From Candidatus Bathyarchaeia archaeon (lineage in GTDB: Archaea > Thermoproteota > Bathyarchaeia > 40CM-2-53-6), in NCBI GenBank assembly GCA_049513715.1, contig JBEKVV010000002.1:320001-384000 (forward strand): DNA of 64,000 nt. Reading direction: 5' to 3'. The notes under the pieces were generated by a model. The model saw nothing but the letters and a program-made list of their open reading frames with translations. It was not told the origin of the DNA and searched no databases. A program made the translations under genes and the position numbers. Positions 1 through 9,888 of this stretch are shown here, one piece after another. Each line of letters starts with the position of its first letter. Position 1 is the stretch's first letter.

Positions 1-2
1 CA

Positions 3-968
3 CAAGACAGGCTTCCGATTGTTCAAGAAATGATTCTGTCCGCGACTGACGGTGAGCGCGCGAAGGCCCTAGAGAAGCTTAGGCCTCTTCAGAAAGAGGA
101 TTTCAAACGAATATTCCGCAACATGCACGACCTACCTGTCACGATAAGACTCCTCGACTTACCGCTGCACGAGTTCTTGCCAAAGTATGAGGAACTGGTT
201 TCCGAGGTTGCTGCGCTTAAGGCGAACGGGAAAGCTGGGGCGGCGTTGGATTCCAAAGAGCGCATGCTCAGGAAGGTTGTAACACTCGCAGAACACAACC
301 CAATGCTGGGGCATAGAGGTTGCAGGTTGGCGCTGAGCCATCCTGAGATTTACGAGATGCAGGCGCGCGCAATTTTCGAGGCTGCCATCGAGCTACAAAA
401 GGAGGGTGCAAAGGTTGGTGTCGAGATCATGCTCCCACTTGTGGGGGAGGCTAATGAGATTCGTTTCCTACGCGAGCGCATTGAATCCGTGGCGGATGCA
501 GTTATGAAAGACTTGGGGTCGAGAGTTGACTACACAATAGGAACAATGATAGAAGTTCCCCGAGCGTGTGTAACAGCAGATGAGATCGCGAAGTACGCGG
601 ATTTCTTCTCTTTTGGCACGAATGACCTCACCCAAGCAACATTTGCCTTTAGTAGAGATGACGCTGAAGCAAAATTCCTGAAGGATTACTTGGACCAGAA
701 GATCTTGGCCGCCAACCCCTTCGAGGTCCTTGACCGCAAAGGTGTCGGCAAGCTGATGAGGCTGGCCGTGAAGGAAGGTCGGCAAACGAACCCGAAGCTC
801 AAGATCGGGATCTGCGGGGAGCATGGCGGAGAACCAAGTTCGGTGGAATTCTGCCACGAATTGGGCTTAGATTACGTGAGCTGTTCCCCCTACCGAGTCC
901 CTGTTGCACGCCTCGTAGCGGCACAAGCAGCAGTCCGCGACAAGACGCCGGTAATGGAAGAGAACTGA
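3..968 (+). CDS. ppdK: Pyruvate phosphate dikinase, C-terminal part (5'-truncated by window edge)
   Basis: Frame is open from the window start. Motifs EHNPMLGHRGCRL, GTMIEVPRA, FSFGTNDLTQ, GICGEHGG and YVSCSPYRVPVARL. Confidence 0.95.
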   Translation, partial: QDRLPIVQEMILSATDGERAKALEKLRPLQKEDFKRIFRNMHDLPVTIRLLDLPLHEFLPKYEELVSEVAALKANGKAGAALDSKERMLRKVVTLAEHNPMLGHRGCRLALSHPEIYEMQARAIFEAAIELQKEGAKVGVEIMLPLVGEANEIRFLRERIESVADAVMKDLGSRVDYTIGTMIEVPRACVTADEIAKYADFFSFGTNDLTQATFAFSRDDAEAKFLKDYLDQKILAANPFEVLDRKGVGKLMRLAVKEGRQTNPKLKIGICGEHGGEPSSVEFCHELGLDYVSCSPYRVPVARLVAAQAAVRDKTPVMEEN

Positions 969-973
969 TCCCG

Positions 974-2701
974 ATGTCGGAAACCCGGCCTGTCATTATG
1001 GGCACCCGCGGATGCCTAGCCTCTTCGAACTACTTGGCTACTGCCGCGGGTTTTGAGGTCTTATTGGCGGGAGGCAACGCGGCGGATGTTGCTGTGGCTA
1101 CCGGATTGGCGTTGCATGTCGTTGAGCCGCACATGAACGGGATTGGTGGAGAGAATCCGGTTATTCTGTATTCAGCGAAAGAGAGGAAAGTGTTCACTAT
1201 TTCTGGGCAGGGAACAGCTCCGAAGGCTGCAACCATTGACTACTTTCACAAGAACGGAATTGACCTGATTCCAGGCGATGGCTACCTTCCGGCAACCGTC
1301 CCAGCGTCCTTTGACACTTGGGTTACGCTCCTTTCCCATTTCGGGAAGATGACACTAGCGGAGGTGGCAGGGCCAGCAATCAGGCTGGCTGAGGAAGGGT
1401 TCCCGGTCTATCCTCCACTCCGTATGAAGATCAAGCAACACGAGCAGAGGTTCCGGGAGGAGTGGACGACCACGGCACGCGTCTTCTTGCCAAACGGAAG
1501 GGTGCCGCTGGTTGGACAGGTTCTGAAGCAGAAGGATCTCGCCCGAACTCTGCGCAGTCTTACGCATGCTGAGAAACGCTCTGGTGCCACAAGACTTCGC
1601 GGTCTTGATGCAGCAAGAGCTTTCTTCTATGACGGGCCGGTAGCACGGAGAATTGTGCAATTCGCCTCGACACATGCCTCAAGTGATGCAACAGGCAAAT
1701 CTCACACAGGCCTATTGAGCCTCCAGGACTTTAAAGATTACAAAACGAAAGTGGAAGAATCTGTCAACGTCGACTATCAAGGCCTGACAGTTCACAAATG
1801 CGGTCCATGGAGTCAGGGTCCAGTCTTCCTCCAACAGCTCCGCCTTTTGGAGGAATTCAACCTCGGCGAAATCGGGCACAACTCGGCAGATTACATTCAT
1901 CTCATTACCGAAGCATCGAAGCTTGCATTTGCAGACCGAGAGCGATTCTACGGGGACCCTCTCTTTACCAAAGTCCCCATGGCGAAACTTCTCTCTCGTG
2001 AATACGCAAACGCTCGGAGAAAACTGGTCGACATGGAAAACGCGTCAATGGAGCTAAGGGCAGGCGATGGAAATGTTCTGAAACCTGGGATTGACGCGCG
2101 AACAACGAGCTCCGCGGGGGATACAACACACCTAGATGTCGTTGATTGCGATGGGAATATGGTAACTGCGACTCCTAGCGGGGGTTGGATTTGGAGTTCA
2201 CCCGTAATCGAGGGGCTTGGATTTCCCTTGGGGACTCGGGGGCAAATGTTCTCACTGAATCCGGATCATCCAAACGCCCTCGCACCTGGCAAGAGGCCGA
2301 GGACCACCCTTTCACCGACCCTCGTAACCTCGAAAGGACGGCCGTGGTTGGCTTTCGGGACCCCGGGAGGAGATCAACAGGACCAATGGACTCTCCAGTT
2401 CTTCCTCAATGTCGTCAACTTCGGGATGAACCTTCAGGCTGCCATCGACGCTCCATCTTTCCACACTGCACATTTTCCGAGTTCGTTCTATCCCAGAGAA
2501 TCCCTACCTGGAAGCCTCTACGTGGAAGATCGGATTCCGAGCGAAATCCGAACGGAACTAAAACGGAGGGGCCACAAGATTTTCGTAGAGGATGGTTGGT
2601 CGAACGGTAGAGTTACAGCAGTTCAATACGATTGGCAGAATCGAGTCATGAAAGCGGCCGCGTCATCGAGATTTCAGACTGCATATGCGTTGGGGACTTA
2701 G
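974..2701 (+). CDS. ggt: Gamma-glutamyltransferase family protein
   Basis: GGNAADVA, EPHMNGIGG, nucleophile motif GDTTHLDVVD, PGKRPRTTLSP, FGTPGGDQQ. Confidence 0.93.
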   Translation: MSETRPVIMGTRGCLASSNYLATAAGFEVLLAGGNAADVAVATGLALHVVEPHMNGIGGENPVILYSAKERKVFTISGQGTAPKAATIDYFHKNGIDLIPGDGYLPATVPASFDTWVTLLSHFGKMTLAEVAGPAIRLAEEGFPVYPPLRMKIKQHEQRFREEWTTTARVFLPNGRVPLVGQVLKQKDLARTLRSLTHAEKRSGATRLRGLDAARAFFYDGPVARRIVQFASTHASSDATGKSHTGLLSLQDFKDYKTKVEESVNVDYQGLTVHKCGPWSQGPVFLQQLRLLEEFNLGEIGHNSADYIHLITEASKLAFADRERFYGDPLFTKVPMAKLLSREYANARRKLVDMENASMELRAGDGNVLKPGIDARTTSSAGDTTHLDVVDCDGNMVTATPSGGWIWSSPVIEGLGFPLGTRGQMFSLNPDHPNALAPGKRPRTTLSPTLVTSKGRPWLAFGTPGGDQQDQWTLQFFLNVVNFGMNLQAAIDAPSFHTAHFPSSFYPRESLPGSLYVEDRIPSEIRTELKRRGHKIFVEDGWSNGRVTAVQYDWQNRVMKAAASSRFQTAYALGT

Positions 2702-2716
2702 GGCCGAGGTCCGGGA

Positions 2717-3562
2717 CTAGAGTCTAGTGAGGATGAGTACGATGCCGATTCCCAGAACAGCGAAGGCAAAGACCCTCTCCAGCGTCACTGACCTAAGTCG
2801 TTTCGCAGTTCGCGCGCCGAATTGCGTTCCCAGTAGGATTCCAATTGCTAACGGGATGACGTATTCGATGCGCACGTTTCCCAGCAAAATGTGCGTTGAG
2901 ACTCCCGAAATCGACGTGAATATCATAGTCAGCATAGATGTCGCAACTGCTATGTGCACTGGCAACCCTACAAATGCAATCAATATCGGAACCACGATGA
3001 GTCCGCCGCCAATCCCCAAAAACCCTGAAGCTAAGCCGCCCACGAAGAGTAGGATTAGGCCAGAGTAGATTGACGCGTCATATTCGAAAACCTTCCCAGT
3101 ACTATCAATGAGCCTTCTATGCCAGACTCCTTTCGCAGTGATCGTTTTGCTTGTTGATGCGGTCGCAGTATTACGATCTGATTTGTGTTCAGCGCGAAAT
3201 GAACGGCGAAGCATTGCTGCTGCGATGAAGAATAGCGTCGCTCCAAATATGATTGCAAGAATCCGCGAGCTTACGAATTTGGTTGCATAGGCACCTATTG
3301 CAGCACCCGGGGTCGTCACTACGGCTGCCGCTATTCCAACTTTCCAATCGAGTCGTTTCTGACGGTAGTAGGCGAAGCTGCCTGAAAGAGCCGTGAATAG
3401 TATCATCGAAAGGCTTGTTCCTACGGCTATACGTGCGTCCAGGAGAAACGCGAGTACGAGTATGGGAACCACTATGACCCCGCCCCCGACTCCTAGCATT
3501 CCTCCCAAGAACCCGGCAAAAACCCCAAGAAGACTGAGAAGCACTGTTGTGATGGCGTCCAC
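2717..3562 (-). CDS. TauE/SafE family (sulfite exporter-like) membrane protein
   Basis: Duplicated GGMLGVGGG..VP / SGFLGIGGG..VP and AVGTSL/AVATS motifs. The GTG at 3562 is preferred over the longest-ORF start at 3688. Confidence 0.88.
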   Translation of the reverse strand: MDAITTVLLSLLGVFAGFLGGMLGVGGGVIVVPILVLAFLLDARIAVGTSLSMILFTALSGSFAYYRQKRLDWKVGIAAAVVTTPGAAIGAYATKFVSSRILAIIFGATLFFIAAAMLRRSFRAEHKSDRNTATASTSKTITAKGVWHRRLIDSTGKVFEYDASIYSGLILLFVGGLASGFLGIGGGLIVVPILIAFVGLPVHIAVATSMLTMIFTSISGVSTHILLGNVRIEYVIPLAIGILLGTQFGARTAKRLRSVTLERVFAFAVLGIGIVLILTRL

Positions 3563-3832
3563 GATTGCAGCCTTCGTTGACTTCGCGAGAACTAAACGCG
3601 ATATAAGCCTAATAGTTGAAAACCAGCGAGCAAATTCAAGAAACAATATCGACCTCCCACGAAACGAGCACACCCATTCTGTGACCACCGTCTGTCACTG
3701 CGTGACGTGCCGTGCCCTTTAATTGGCTCAAGACGAACCTGCCATCGGACGAAAGAGGGATGCTCCGCGAAAGCGTATTCGAATAGAGCCGAAACTTCGC
3801 AAGCACGTATACGAAAGAATAGATGACGAGAC

Positions 3833-4774
3833 TTGGCAATCAATAACTCCTTTAAAGAATCTGTTGTTGAGGCGAGGGAACTCAGGAAAGCTTTCGAGAC
3901 CACAGAGGCAGTTCGGGGTGTGGACTTCGATGTCCGACCCGGAGAGTGTTTCGGGTTCCTCGGCCCAAACGGTGCCGGCAAAACTACCACAATGCGAATG
4001 ATTGGTTGTGTATCTCCTCTCACTTCGGGTTCATTGAAGGTCTTCGGATTAGAAACAGGACGTTCAATGCGGCAAATCAAAAAGCGATTGGGTGTAGTGC
4101 CGCAAGAGGCGAACTTAGATGAGGCACTGCCTGTTGAGGAGAACCTTACCGTTTATGCTCGGTTCTTCAATATCCCATCAGACTTGGCGAACGAGCGCGC
4201 CAGAGAGCTACTGGCTTTCATGGAGCTGACAGAGAAACGCCGCGCAAAGGTGTCCGAACTCTCAGGTGGAATGAGGCGCAGATTACTGATCTCAAGGGCC
4301 CTGATGAATGAGCCTGAACTACTCATCTTAGATGAGCCGACAACAGGCTTGGACCCTCAAGCTAGGCATTTGGTATGGGACAAATTGTTCGAGTTGAAGA
4401 AACGTGGCGTTACACAAATCGTTACAACTCACTACATGGACGAAGCGCAGCAGCTGTGCGACCGAATCGCAATTATGGATCAAGGACGAATCATGGAAGA
4501 AGGCCAACCGAACGATTTGGTGATGAAACATATTGGGCGAGAGGTTTTGGAGATAAGAATTCCAGCGAATGCGCTCAAACCGATTCTCATGAACGAACCG
4601 TTGATTAGAGGTTCCGATAGCTATCGTGATATTACGATCTTGTACTCGGATGATGCAGACGAATTGTTAAGGAAAATTCAGGCTAGGGGATTCAGTACTG
4701 ATTACGCAATTGTGCGACGAAGCACGTTGGAAGACGTATTCCTGAAGCTAACGGGGAGGCGCTTGATCGAATGA
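3833..4774 (+). CDS. ABC-2 type exporter ATP-binding subunit (NodI/DrrA-like)
   Basis: GPNGAGKTT, LSGGMRRRL, LILDEPTTGLDP, C-terminal TLEDVFLKLTGR. Confidence 0.93.
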   Translation: MAINNSFKESVVEARELRKAFETTEAVRGVDFDVRPGECFGFLGPNGAGKTTTMRMIGCVSPLTSGSLKVFGLETGRSMRQIKKRLGVVPQEANLDEALPVEENLTVYARFFNIPSDLANERARELLAFMELTEKRRAKVSELSGGMRRRLLISRALMNEPELLILDEPTTGLDPQARHLVWDKLFELKKRGVTQIVTTHYMDEAQQLCDRIAIMDQGRIMEEGQPNDLVMKHIGREVLEIRIPANALKPILMNEPLIRGSDSYRDITILYSDDADELLRKIQARGFSTDYAIVRRSTLEDVFLKLTGRRLIE

Positions 4775-5553
4775 ACCCCTTCAAACCCTTCAGATTCTCA
4801 CCTCGCCAGGCGATCAGGGTTTGGCAGCGAGAGGTCAGCGTCTACAAGTACGTCTACAAATCAACCATAGTCTCGAACTTGATGGATCCGCTCATTTACC
4901 TTCTGGCGCTCGGTTTTGGTCTTGGCGCATACGTGACTCGAATTGCAGGGTTGTCATACATTCAATTCATTGCTCCAGGGTTGATTGCCTCATCAATAAT
5001 GACTGCCGCTTCATTTGAGACGACGTACAACACGTTCGTGCGGATACACTTCGACCGAGTCTATGAGGCTATGATGGCAACGCCAGTGACGGTAGAGGAT
5101 ATAGTTGTGGGGGAGATGTTGTGGGCTATGACCAGGAGCACAATCTACGCAACCGTTATGCTGGGTGTCGTAACTGCACTGGGTCTGACTCGGTCTTGGT
5201 TTGCAATTTTGATTCCGTTGATGGGCGCCTTGGGCGGGCTCATGTTCGCGGTAATCGGTCTTACTTACACATCTTTCTTGAAGAGCATTGACCAAATGAA
5301 CTTTTTCTTCACACTCTTCATAACGCCACTCTTCCTCTTCTCGGGCGTGTTCTATCCGCTCGACGCCCTACCGCTGGCAGTTAGGGACATAGCGTTCCTA
5401 AGTCCACTCTACCATCTCGTCGAAATAGTACGCCCGCTCGTACTGGGAACCGTGGAGCTAGGAGTGCTATGGCATCTCGCTTGGATAGTTTCGTTCCTGT
5501 TGGTCTTTACAGTGGTACCTGTGAATCGGCTCAGAAAGAACTTGGTCAAATGA
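4771..5553 (+). CDS. ABC-2 type exporter permease (NodJ-like)
   Basis: About 6 TM segments with YIQFIAPGL and LFSGVFYPL. ATGA overlap with the ATPase gene. Confidence 0.9.
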   Translation: MNPFKPFRFSPRQAIRVWQREVSVYKYVYKSTIVSNLMDPLIYLLALGFGLGAYVTRIAGLSYIQFIAPGLIASSIMTAASFETTYNTFVRIHFDRVYEAMMATPVTVEDIVVGEMLWAMTRSTIYATVMLGVVTALGLTRSWFAILIPLMGALGGLMFAVIGLTYTSFLKSIDQMNFFFTLFITPLFLFSGVFYPLDALPLAVRDIAFLSPLYHLVEIVRPLVLGTVELGVLWHLAWIVSFLLVFTVVPVNRLRKNLVK

Positions 5554-5668
5554 AGACGAGCATCCCAAACGTTGATTCTGCCCTTAGGGATGAAAGACTC
5601 TCGAAGCCTACGTCAAAATTGATGCGGGACTGAATGCTCCGCATATTTGTTAGGTCTTGAAGAGCGAT

Positions 5669-7333
5669 TCAATCTTCCGCATAGTGATATATTTTCGCGG
5701 CCTCTGTACTTGTGATGCAGTGATTTTCAATATCGCTCCTGACGAGTGAAGGGTCGCGATCATGAGGCTGGCCAAACCCTCCCCCGCCTGCGGTGCGCAT
5801 TGTCAAAGTGTCTCCCGCCTCTAGGATAGTTGTGTCTTTGGAATCCAATTTGACCTCTTCATCATTCGCTCGGGCGACTGAATATTCGGAGGATTTGCCA
5901 GCGAGACCTCCATTCAACCCATATGGTTGAATTTTGCATCGGTCTCCTAGCACTGTGACCTCAATGCGAGCTCTGGTCGTGAACGATCGCTCGATGCCCA
6001 ATCCTCCGCGCCATTTTCCCGCTCCACCACTTCCATCACGAATCCTGTATGCCCGAAACATGACTGGATAGTAATGCTCCATCACTTCAATCGGTGTGTT
6101 TAGTGTATTCGTCATGTTGACCTGAACCGCGTTCACGCCGTCTGATTCGAATCTACCTCCATATCCCCCACCATTCGTCTCGTAGAATGCCCAGGGTTTA
6201 CCGGTGACCGGATGCGTTCCGCCCATCATCAGGTTGTTCATGCTCCCGTGCGCAGCCGCTGGGATCGTTTTGGGAAGAGGTTCTGACAATGCCTTGTAAA
6301 TTGCGTCGACGATTCGTTGACTTGTCTCAAGATTTCCGGCAGCAACGGGCGCGGGCTTGTGTGGATTAACAATTGAGCCTTCTGGTGCCTTCACGTGAAT
6401 CGTGCGAATGAAGCCGTCGTTGAGAGGCAAATCTCTCGGCATCAACGTTCTTATTGCGAATGTCGAAGCCGCGGTTGTGACTCCGAGCACAGCGTTCAGT
6501 GGGGCGGGTACCTGAGGCTCGGACCCATTGAAATCAACTTCCACACCTTCATCCGTAATAGTTACCATGACTGCCACGACGGGTAACCTGTCGCCCAGTT
6601 CCACATAGTCGACACTTTTCCATGATCCTTTCGGCAGTTTGGCATACGCTGCCATTGCGAGTTTGTGCGTCTGGTCGAGTATCAATTCGCAAGATTTCTC
6701 AAAATCTTCGAGACTTGTCTTTCCCGCGAGTTCGAGTATTCTCCTCTCGCCGAGGAGGTTAGCTGCTATTTGTGCTCTGAGGTCGCCGAGGGTGGTTTCG
6801 GGCATTCTGGCATTCGACGTAAGCTGCTTCACGGCCTCAAACCGCAGATCGTTCTTCTCCATCAATTTCATGGGTGGAATCAAAACGCCTTCTTCACTGA
6901 GTTCTCGGGCAAGGGGATTGATGCTGGCCGGAGTCGATCCTCCCACATCTACATGATGCGCTTTGTTTGCAGCGTAACCGATTATGTTTCCGTCTAGGAA
7001 AACGGGACGGATTACGGTCACATCGTTGAGATGCGTTCCGGAGATGTAGGGGTCGTTGACAATGAACATGTCACCTGGGAGGCTTTCTATTCCCTCTCCC
7101 TTGAGATGTTCAAAGGTCTGCTTGAGACCGAGTGAGAATGATCCTATGTGTACGGGAATGTGTTCGGCCTGACCTAAGGTTCTGCCAGTTTGATCCAATA
7201 TCGCGCAGCTGTGGTCTGCTCGTTCCCTGATATTCGGTGAATAGGCGGACTTCTTGAGCGCTATACCCATCTCCTCGGACGCGTAGGTTAGGCTGTGCTT
7301 GATCACTTCGACTTGCAGCTTGCTCGCAGTCAG
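5669..7333 (-). CDS. Hydantoinase B / 5-oxoprolinase subunit
   Basis: SPNIRERADHS, NDPYISGTHLND, AHHVDVGG, NTPIEVME, GGAGKWRGG. The start is probably the CTG at 7333 overlapping the upstream stop; the ORF track start is 7387. Confidence 0.92.
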   Translation of the reverse strand: MTASKLQVEVIKHSLTYASEEMGIALKKSAYSPNIRERADHSCAILDQTGRTLGQAEHIPVHIGSFSLGLKQTFEHLKGEGIESLPGDMFIVNDPYISGTHLNDVTVIRPVFLDGNIIGYAANKAHHVDVGGSTPASINPLARELSEEGVLIPPMKLMEKNDLRFEAVKQLTSNARMPETTLGDLRAQIAANLLGERRILELAGKTSLEDFEKSCELILDQTHKLAMAAYAKLPKGSWKSVDYVELGDRLPVVAVMVTITDEGVEVDFNGSEPQVPAPLNAVLGVTTAASTFAIRTLMPRDLPLNDGFIRTIHVKAPEGSIVNPHKPAPVAAGNLETSQRIVDAIYKALSEPLPKTIPAAAHGSMNNLMMGGTHPVTGKPWAFYETNGGGYGGRFESDGVNAVQVNMTNTLNTPIEVMEHYYPVMFRAYRIRDGSGGAGKWRGGLGIERSFTTRARIEVTVLGDRCKIQPYGLNGGLAGKSSEYSVARANDEEVKLDSKDTTILEAGDTLTMRTAGGGGFGQPHDRDPSLVRSDIENHCITSTEAAKIYHYAED

Positions 7334-9402
7334 CTCGTGGCCCTCCTTACGACTAAGCAGTCCATCTCGTTTCTCATGCAATCCCATCTGGGGGGTAGAA
7401 CAAGCGTGGAGTCGTATTCCATGATTATTGCGGGACCGTTGATTTTGGCGTTTGTTGGAAGTAGGTTCCGAGAGTAAACCGGCGCCTCATGCCATTTTTC
7501 GTTGAACCATACCTGCCGCTTCGAGACAAGTGCTCGGTCCATGGCCCCAGTCGACGTCGAACGATTTTCGAGTCTCAATTTCTGAACAGGAATTGTGACC
7601 GTGAGTCGTAAGGCTGTGATCTCAAGCCTTTCACCTGAATGCCTGTACCCGTAGACCGTTTCGTGCCTCTTCTCGAATCTATCTGTCACCTGCCTCTTTG
7701 AGAAGGGTGTTGGGGCCTCTATCTCGAGTTCGTAACCCTGCCCAACGTAACGAACATCTACTGTTCGAACCACTCTCGCTTCTGAGGTTTCGATTCCACG
7801 ACCATTCAACTGTGACAGTGCACTGTTGGTGATTGATTGAAACGCTTCATCAAGCTCATCCTCAGTAAGCTCGTCCAGCGACCTCAGTATCCCTTTGACT
7901 TGGTTGTACTTGAGGTCGGACATCAACATGCTGAGGGCGGAGAACAATCCAGGCCACGGAGGGACAATGACCATGTCGATTCCAACCTCCTCGGCTAGCT
8001 GGACTGCATGCATTGGGCCCGCGCCCCCGAACGCTATCAGTGCGAATTCGTGTGGGTCCAGTCCGCGTTCAAGGCTTACGATGTGGATGGCTTTGGCCAT
8101 TTGCAGGTTCACGAGCTTCACGGCCGCATCGGCGCAGGAAATCATGTCAAAACCCGATTGTTGTCCAACATCGCGCAGTGCTTTTTCAGCCTCACCTCGT
8201 TGGAGTTTTACCTCGCCTCCAGACAGCTCGGACCCAATCCTGCCGAGTATGAGATTCGCATCGGTTATTGTCGGGTCGTTGCCCCCTGCTCCGTAACACG
8301 CTGGCCCTGGTTCTGCCCCAGCACTCATTGGTCCAACTCTCAGCGTTCCCGCTTCATCCGCCCAAATGATCGTTCCACCACCAGCGCTCACCTCCGCGAG
8401 GTCGATTGAGGGGTACCTAACCGGATAGCCACTTCCTTTGATTGTTCTTCCCGCGTGAATTCGGCCGCCGACTTCAATCTCAGGGACCGTCTGAGCCGTG
8501 TAATCTACGATGCTTCCGGCTTTCGCAGACGTGCCACCCATATCGAAGCTTATTGCGCGTGTGAGTCCAAGCAGTTTCGCTACCTCAGCTGCCCCAACCA
8601 CTCCAGCCGCGGGCCCTGACTCGATCGCCATGATTGGTCGGCGCTTCACCTCTTCGACATCCACTAAGCCACCCGATGAACTTAGAATCTGAAGATCGCT
8701 TTTGATACCTGATGCGCGCAGCCCATTCAATGCAGAGCCGAGATACCTAGAAACCACTGGAGCCAGAACAGCGTTTACAACAGTTGTACTTGTCCTCTCA
8801 TACTCTCTATGCTCAGGGTCTACTTCTGAAGAAGTGAAGATGGGCGTTTGCAGTTCCTGCGAGAGTTTGCGTTTAGTGTCTTGCTCGTTCTCCGAGTTCA
8901 GGTAACTGTTAAGGTAACTAACTGCGACAGCCTCTATGCCTTGAGAAGCGAGTTCAGCGGCGATGACCGACAGCTCGCTCTCTGAAACTCTCTGGAGCAG
9001 CCCTCCCTCAGCATCAACCCTCTCAGAAACCTCGAACCGAAGACGACGTGGAACGAGTGGTGTTGGACGCTGGAAGAATATGTTGTAGAGTTCTGCTCGA
9101 TTCTGGCGACCTATTTCCAGCACATCCCTGAACCCTCTTGTTGAGATTAGTGCTGTCTTGGGAAGATTCAAACCCATTTGGCCGAGGAACAGGTTCGTAC
9201 CAATCGTCCCCACGTGCACCACTCCACGGACCTCGGAAGTCGATAGTCGATTAGCCATGAGGAGGCGGGTCACGGACGAAAGGAAAGCACGATCGGGGGC
9301 CGCGGGAGTGCTGCGGATTTTGAGGACGAACAACTTGCCAGTGTCGTCAGCGGCAACTGTGTCAGTAAATGTTCCGCCAACATCCACAGCAATCTTGAGC
9401 AA
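7330..9402 (-). CDS. Hydantoinase A / 5-oxoprolinase subunit
   Basis: DVGGTFTD, REYERTSTT, ESGPAAG, DMGGTS, SAGAEPGPACY, FGGAGPMH. Confidence 0.94.
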   Translation of the reverse strand: MLKIAVDVGGTFTDTVAADDTGKLFVLKIRSTPAAPDRAFLSSVTRLLMANRLSTSEVRGVVHVGTIGTNLFLGQMGLNLPKTALISTRGFRDVLEIGRQNRAELYNIFFQRPTPLVPRRLRFEVSERVDAEGGLLQRVSESELSVIAAELASQGIEAVAVSYLNSYLNSENEQDTKRKLSQELQTPIFTSSEVDPEHREYERTSTTVVNAVLAPVVSRYLGSALNGLRASGIKSDLQILSSSGGLVDVEEVKRRPIMAIESGPAAGVVGAAEVAKLLGLTRAISFDMGGTSAKAGSIVDYTAQTVPEIEVGGRIHAGRTIKGSGYPVRYPSIDLAEVSAGGGTIIWADEAGTLRVGPMSAGAEPGPACYGAGGNDPTITDANLILGRIGSELSGGEVKLQRGEAEKALRDVGQQSGFDMISCADAAVKLVNLQMAKAIHIVSLERGLDPHEFALIAFGGAGPMHAVQLAEEVGIDMVIVPPWPGLFSALSMLMSDLKYNQVKGILRSLDELTEDELDEAFQSITNSALSQLNGRGIETSEARVVRTVDVRYVGQGYELEIEAPTPFSKRQVTDRFEKRHETVYGYRHSGERLEITALRLTVTIPVQKLRLENRSTSTGAMDRALVSKRQVWFNEKWHEAPVYSRNLLPTNAKINGPAIIMEYDSTLVLPPRWDCMRNEMDCLVVRRATS

Positions 9403-9465
9403 CCCAATCCTTCCTCGAATTGGAGTAGGCTAGATGCTGTCCGGGATAACAAGGTGATGTCAAGT

Positions 9466-9568
9466 TGGTGGGCCGGGAGAGATTTGAACTCTCGACCACC
9501 TGCTTCGGCCGCGCGTTTGATTTCGCGTGTGTCAGGCAGGTATCCTAACCAGTCTAGACTACCGGCCC
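9466..9568 (-). tRNA. tRNA-Val(GAC) with a 25-nt intron (about 9504-9528), CCA encoded
   Basis: Reverse complement reads GGGCCGG TA GTCT AGACTGGTT AGGAT A CCTGC CTGACAC [intron] GCAGG TGGTC GAGAG TTCAAAT CTCTC CCGGCCC ACCA. Confidence 0.93.
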
Positions 9569-9888
9569 AGAGCGTCGCGTGAATGTTGGGCGGAAGGAAA
9601 TAAAGCCTACCCAAGGTTTCGCTGAGGCTTGGGCGTTTTGGTTTGTGTTATGTGGGGTCTGAAATTTGCGTGTTCTCAAACGGCATGTAGGGTGACACGC
9701 ATCCAAACGCGCAATTCGAAAAAATCTCAGGTTTGTTGGAGGTCCCGGAGACCCGCTTCATGAGGTCGCCAATGATGCTGTCAGATTCCCTGCTCTCTCT
9801 ACTCCTCTCAAACCCGCTGAACTGAATGTCCAACCGCACAAACGCAGATTAAAATCAATCCTCACTCAACCCACTCAGGTAGGCCATC

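Noticed and set aside
9270..9614. 114-aa minus-strand ORF
   Set aside because: It overlaps tRNA-Val and the hydantoinase A start and has no protein features.
9770..9825. Possible C/D box sRNA (ATGATG...CTGA)
   Set aside because: Box C and the internal boxes are imperfect, and I cannot verify a target by eye.
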